A DNA stretch of 64,000 bases from the human T2T-CHM13v2.0 reference genome, Homo sapiens: assembly GCF_009914755.1 (NCBI RefSeq), contig NC_060929.1. The stretch is one strand, 5' to 3'. Shown here piece by piece: positions 57,890-64,000 of this stretch. The position numbers and the translations under genes are program-made. Positions within the stretch are counted from its first letter, which is position 1, and each line of letters opens with the position of its first letter. The notes under the pieces were generated by a model that saw nothing but the letters and a program-made list of their open reading frames with translations, searched no databases and was not told the origin of the DNA.

Positions 57890-58780
57890 AAACTACAATG
57901 AGATATAATCTTAAATCTTACCCTGGTTTAAATGGCTTTTATCCAAAAGACAGGCAATAATGGATGCTGGTGAGGATGTGAAGAAACGGGATCCCTTGTA
58001 TATTGTTGGTGGAAATGTAAATTAGTGCAACCACTATGGAGAAAGAACAGTTTGGGGGTTCCTCAGGAAACTAAAAATAGAGCTACCTTACGATCCAGCA
58101 ATCCCACTCCTAGGTATATACCCAGAAGAAAAGAAATCAGAATATCAAAGAGATATTTGCACTCCCATGTTTATTGCAGCACTATTCAAAATAGCCAAGA
58201 TTTGGAAGCAACTTAAGTGTCCATCAACAGACAAATGGATAAAGACAATGTGGTCCATATACACAATGAAGTACTACAAAGCCATAAAAAGAATGAGATC
58301 CTGTCATTTAAACCAACATGGATGGGACTTGATTGAGGTTATCATGTCAAGTGAAATAAGCCAAACCCAGAAAAACAGACTTCACATGTTCTCACTTATT
58401 TGTGGGAGCTAAAAACTAAAATAATTGAACTCATGAAGACAGAGTAGAAAGATGGTTACCAGAGGGTGTGAAGAGTAGTGAAAAGTGGTGGGGTGTGGGC
58501 ACTGAAACGGTTAATGGGTATGAAAAGTTAGAAAGAATGGCTAAGACCTAGTATTTGCTAGTACAACAGGGTGACTATAGTCAAAAATAATTTAAGTGTA
58601 CATTTTAAAATAACTAAAAGTGTATAATTGGATTGTTTGTAACACAAAGGATAAATGCTTGAGGTGATGGATACCCCATCTGCCCTGATGTGATTTTTAT
58701 GCATTGCATGCCTGCATCAAAATATCTTATGTAATCTGTAAATATATACATGTACTATGTACCCAGAAAAATTTTTTACA
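57890..58780 (+). mobile_element. Second L1MA1/2-like 3' end
   Basis: Repeats the ORF2 C-terminus and 3'UTR seen at 56920-57725, diverged. Confidence 0.85.
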
Positions 58781-60709
58781 TCAGAAAACAATGCCAAAGA
58801 AAGGAATACTGGCAACTAATGATCTCAAGCCACAATGCTAAACCCTCTCCTAACTCTGTCCTCAGTCAGCAGTTGAGTTTCGGCCTGACTTCACTGAGAA
58901 AATCCAAGTCATTGCAGGAGCAAACCCTTAACTGACTCACCCAGCCACATATAAATACATCTCATTTGCAGCTCACCCTCCTTATCTTCTTTTATGCTTT
59001 CTCAGTAAAAGAGCTGTCATTCCTTCAGAAAAAGAGTAATTTCTCCACTTTAGTTTTGATCCTGGCCCCCTACCCCACCTGAGGTAGCTTTATTGATCAT
59101 TCTCTCTTTTCCTCATGACTTGCCTGTTCCACTAACTCATTCTTCCACAGTAAATATTTAGTAAACAATCAATTTTTGTTCCACACCACATTTTCTCCAC
59201 CTTTTTTTTCTGGGAAAATCTCTGCATTTCTTAGAAAATGCCACCTGTAATGACCAAGTGGCTGTGTCCTCTGCCATGGTCTTATATAATCCTGTATGCT
59301 AGTCACAGTTAATTTTCCAGGGAAACATTCCAGGGAATAAAGTGAAGGTGAGACCCCCAAGGTCCTGAGTATTCATTCACAGGTGACATATCTTCAGAAA
59401 AATATCAAAGCTCTTCCCCTGAGAGAATCAGATGAGCTGGTTTTTTGTTCTAAACAGAGGAGAGAAGAAAACCAAAAACAGAGAAGAGAATCAAGAGGAG
59501 AAACAAGATGAAGACCAGCTAGCACGAGGTGAAAAGTGTGGGCCAAACTCCAAGGTTGTGGAGGAGGGGAGGAGAAGAAGAGGATAAAGCAAGGAGAGAG
59601 ATGGGTGAAGACTATTTTAAGCACAGAAGCTTATTCCTTTATTTGAAAGTGTTTGTTTACTGTCATATCACTCCTCTGTCTTCCCATAAATCTTCATGAA
59701 ACATTTTTCTGAGGGGATTTTGTTGTCGATGATTTTAAAAGAGGGCAGAGGCTCACTCACATCTGCATTGCTGTGGCACAGCACAGAGATCTCTCACACA
59801 AAAGAGAGAATCAAAGGAAAGAGGTCATGAGATGGTAAAGTGTGGCCCACCTGCATTCCACCCCCAGAAATTTATAGAAATTATGGGAAGAGCTTTGAAC
59901 TCATGGAAGGCATGGAATCAAGTCAATCTTACTATTTTCTCTAAAAAGACAGAAAGAAGGCTCTGATGATGCTGTCATATGTCCCAGTACATAAATGGTA
60001 ACTCACAGATAGTTCTAAAGCAGTGATTCTCAAAATAAAATTTGTCAGACATGAATGGGACTTGAGGCTCCTCTTCTTATAAGTCTTTGATTCTTATGGG
60101 GGCTAATGTATAATTATATAAACTTATATCACTGAGTAAATACTAAGGATTCCTAAATTGCGTGGTCATAACATAAAATTCGCCAGTTGCCAGAGTTTAC
60201 TGAAGACTCTATTACAAAGCATCTGGCTGCCACTGAATGCTATAAAATTCTCATTGTGCCTGTTGCCCAGAAACATTAGAATTTCCATAATTCTCAGACT
60301 GGACTATATTATCTGTACCATCAATGTTAGCATGAGTGGGTCACAGTTTCAATTGCTGCTATTCCTGAACTAATAAATATAAATTCATAAGTTTTACTTT
60401 TGTGGGTCATTTTGTTTTTGTGTAATTGCTGCAACGTTACCATTTTGATTTTAATTTTGGCCCTCTCCAAGTCTTTGTTATCATCAAGTTCTTCTTTCCA
60501 GTGGGAGATGGGAACAGCTTGAGTAAGTAGACTGTGGCACCTTTTGTCCTACATTGGCAGAAGTTCAAGCAATTTAAAAGCTACCAAACTGAGTAGCTTT
60601 CAGTAACAGCTTTGTAAGCAGTTTTTCATTCTGTGCTTCAAATAGACTGATGCTGGAGAATAGGAAAGTTGTGTTCAGTTTCACTTTGGAAAAGTTGGTA
60701 ACCACAGTC

Positions 60710-61299
60710 TGATGCAGCCTTTCATTTGTTTCTCTAGGTTCAGTAGTAATGTCTCCTCTTTTATGCCTGATTTTAGTAAGTTTAGTCTTCTGTATTCTTT
60801 TTCTTGACCAGCTAAAGATTTGCCTATTTTTGTTAATCTTTTCAAATACACAACTTTTGGTTTTATTATTACCTTTCTCCTGCTTGTTTTAGATTTAGCT
60901 GCTCTTGAGTGTTTTAAGGTGCTTCTAATGGTAAGGCTGTTGATATGAGCTCTTATTTCTTTTTTAATATAGGCATTTATAAATTTGCCTTTATGCATTA
61001 GTTTCGTGGCATCCCATATGTTTTGATATGTTATGCCTTCATTTTTATTCATCTTAGAATATTTTTATTTTCTTTTGATTTCTTCTTTAATCCATTGGTA
61101 TTTGGAACTGTCATTTAATTTCCACATTTTTGTAAGTTTTCCAGTTTTTTTCTGTTATTGATTTCTAATTGTATTTTATTGTGATTGGAGAACATATTTT
61201 GTATTATTTCAATCCTTTTATATTTATGTTTTATGGCATAACACGTAGTTTGTACTAGAGAATGGTTCATAGGCACTTGAGAAGAATAGATATTCTGCT
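60710..61299 (-). mobile_element. L1M ORF2 fragment; target of the L1PA insertion
   Basis: Minus-strand ORF NKNEGITYQNIWDATK..GKFI..AYIKK. Confidence 0.8.
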
Positions 61300-62332
61300 G
61301 GAGGAGCCAAGATGGCCGAATAGCAACAGCTCTGGTCTACAGCTCCCAGCGTGAGTGACGCAGAAGACAGGTGATTTCTGAATTTCCATCTGAGGTACCG
61401 GGTTCATCTCACTAGGGAGTGCCAGACAGTGGGTGCAGGTCAGTGGGTGCAGCGCACCGTGCGTGAGCAGAAGCAGGGTGAGGCATTGCCTCACTCGGGA
61501 AGCGCAAGGAGTTAGGGAGTTCACTTTCCTAGTCAAAGAAAGGGGTGACAGACGGCACCTGGAAAATCGGGTCACTCCCACCCGAATACTGCGCTTTTCA
61601 GATGGGCTTAAAAAATGGCGCACCAGGAGATTATATCCTGCACCTGGCTCGGAAGGTCCTACGCCCATGGAGTCTCACTGATTGCTAGCACAGCAGTCTG
61701 AGATCAAACTGCAAGGCTGCAGCGAGGCTGGGGGAGGGGCGCCTGCCATTGCCCAGGCTTGCTTACGTAAACAAAGCAGCCAGAAAGCTCCAACTGGGTG
61801 GAGCTCACCACAGCTCAAGGAGGCCTGCCTGCCTCTGTAGACTCCACCTCTGGGGGCAGGGCACAGACAAACGAAAAGACAGCAGTAACCTCTACAGACT
61901 TAAATGTCCCTGTCTGACAGCTTTGAAAAGAGCAGTGGTTCTCCCAGCACGCAGCTGGAGATCTGAGAACGGGCAGACTGCCTCCTCAGGTGGGACCCTG
62001 ACCCCTGACCCCTCAGCAGCCTAACTGGGAGGCACCCCCCAGTAGGGACAGACTGACACCTCACACGGCCGGGTACTCCTCTGAGACAAAACTTCCAGAG
62101 GAACAATCAGACAGCAGCATTCGCGGTTCACGAAAAACCACTGTTCTGCAGACACCGCTGCTGATACCCAGGCAAACAGGGTCTGGAGTGGACCTCTAGC
62201 AAACTCCAACAGACCTGCAGCTGAGGGTCCTGTCTGTTAGAAGGAAAATTAACAAACAGAAAGGACATCCACACCAAAAACCCATCTGTACATCACCATC
62301 ATCAAAGACCAAAAGTAAATAAAACCACAAAG

Positions 62333-63345
62333 ATGGGGAAAAAACAGAGCAGAAAAACTGGAAACTCTAAAAAGCAGAGCACCTCTCCTCCTCCAAAGGA
62401 TCACAGTTCCTCAGCAGCAATGGAACAAAGCTGGACAGAGAATGACTTTGATGAGTTGAGAGAAGAAGGCTTCAGCCGATCAAACTACGAGATACAGGAG
62501 GAAATTCAAACCCAAGGCAAAGAAGTTAAAAACTTTGAAAAAAATTTAGATGAATGTATAACTAGAATAACCAATACAGAGAAGTGCTTAAAGGAGCTGA
62601 TGGAGCTGAAAGCCAAGGCACGAGAACTATGTGAAGAATGCAGAAGGCTCAGGAGCCGACGTGATCAACTGGAAGAAAGGGTATCAGCGATGGAAGATGA
62701 AATGAATGAAATGAAGCGAGAAGGGAAGTTTAGAGAAAAAAGAATAAAGAGAAACAAACAAAGCCTCCAAGAAATATGGGACTATGTGAAAGACCAAATC
62801 TACGTCTGATTGGTGTAACTGAAAGTGACGGGGAGAATGGAACCAAGTTGGAAAACACTCTGCAGGACATTATCCTGGAGAACTTCCCCAATCTAGCAAG
62901 GCAGGCCAACATTCAGATTCAGGAAATACAGAGAACGCCACAAAGATATTCCTCGAGAAGAGCAACTCCAAGACACATAATTGTCACATTTGCCAAAGTT
63001 GAAATGAATGAAAAAATGTTAAGGGCAGCCAGAGAGAAAGGTCGGGTTACCCACAAAGGGAAGCCCATCAGACTAACAGCGGATCTCTCGGCAGAAACTC
63101 TACAAGCCAGGAGAGAGTGGGGGCCAATATTCAACATTCTTAAAGAAAAGAATTTTCAACCCAGAATTTCATATCCAGCCAAACTAAGCTTTATAAGTGA
63201 AGGAGAAATAAAATCCTTTACAGACAAGCAAATGCTGAGAGATTTTGTCACCACCAGGCCTGCCCTAAAAGAGCTCCTGAAGGAAGCACTAAACATGGAA
63301 AGGAAAAACCGGTACCAGCCACTGCAAAATCATGCCAAAATGTAA
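62333..63345 (+). pseudogene. L1 ORF1p, frameshifted
   Basis: MGKKQSRKTGNSK...QNHAKM is split over two frames by a 1-nt deletion near 62790. Confidence 0.92.
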
Positions 63346-63408
63346 AGACCATAGAGACTAGGAAGAAACTGCATCAACTAATGAGCAAAATAACCAGCTA
63401 ACATCATA

Positions 63409-64000
63409 ATGACAGGATCAAATTCACACATAACAATATTAACTTTAAATGTAAATGGACTGAATGCTCCAATTAAAAGACACTGACTGGCAAATTGGAT
63501 AAAGAGTCAAGACCCATCAGTGTGTTGTATTCAGGAAACCCATCTCACATGCAGAGACACACGTAGGCTCAAAATAAAAGGATGGAGGAAGATCTACCAA
63601 GCAAATGGAAAACAAGAAAAGGCAGGGGTTGCAATCCTAGTCTCTGATAAAACAGACTTTAAACCAACAAAGATCAAAAGAGACAAAGAAGGCCATTGGT
63701 AAAGGGATCAATTCAACAAGAAGAGCTAACTCTCCTAAATATCTATGTACCCAATACAGGAGCACCCAGATTCATAAAGCAAGTCCTGAGTGACCTACAA
63801 AGAGACTTAGACTCCCACACATTAATAATGGGAGACTTTAACACCCCACTGTCAACATTAGACAGATCAACGAGACAGAAAATCAACAAGGATACCCAGG
63901 AATTGAACTCGGCTCTGCACCAAGCGGACCTAATCCGCTGTTCTGTAGACATCTACAGATGTCTGTAGATGGTAGACATCTACAGAACTCTCCACCCCAA
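63409..64000 (+). pseudogene. L1 ORF2p endonuclease domain, disrupted
   Basis: MTGSNSHITILTLNVNGLNAPIKRH then TGA at 63484-63486. Deletion near 63697; 39-bp insertion near 63934. Confidence 0.92.

Larger units (their letters stand above)
61300..64000 (+). mobile_element. L1PA3/L1PA4-age LINE-1, 5' portion; runs off the window
   Basis: GGAGGAGCCAAGATGGCCGAATAG 5' end (YY1 site), 1033-bp 5'UTR, ORF1, 63-nt spacer, ORF2 start at 63409. Confidence 0.95.

Noticed and set aside
60150-60400. Unique stretch with several (C/T)ATAAAA posterior-HOX-like motifs
   Set aside because: Such motifs are frequent in AT-rich DNA; no independent support without conservation data.
61300-64000. Potentially active LINE-1
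   Set aside because: ORF1 frameshift, early ORF2 stop and indels.

Overview
This is primate genomic DNA, consistent with human 5q22.3. It is AT-rich and dense in repeats. One protein-coding gene is supported: TMED7 (p24gamma3, 224 aa), on the minus strand, with coding exons 12383-12574, 7217-7462 and 2991-3227, a long 3'UTR and a CpG-island promoter at about 12.3-13.1 kb. Exon 3 carries an internal splice donor that fits the known TMED7-TICAM2 (TAG) read-through. The remaining ~50 kb upstream is intergenic and made mostly of transposon relics: Alus, MIR/L2, a Charlie1>MLT1>THE1 nest, MER21, MSTA, LTR33/ERVL, an internally deleted HERV-H provirus, an old L1MA and the 5' part of an L1PA3/4-age element. 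Most other ORFs in the track are chance ORFs or repeat-derived. I found no intact novel gene system. The most unusual observations are: a 167-bp duplication flanking an Alu; tandem diverged ERV-L gag-pro relics; a perfect 24-bp double-ISRE palindrome next to a CTCF-like motif; several templated or fold-back insertion scars; a tRNA-Phe-like primer site on the HERV-H; and a broken then restarted L1 ORF0. Repeat subfamily names come from recalled consensus sequences and should be checked with RepeatMasker/Dfam.
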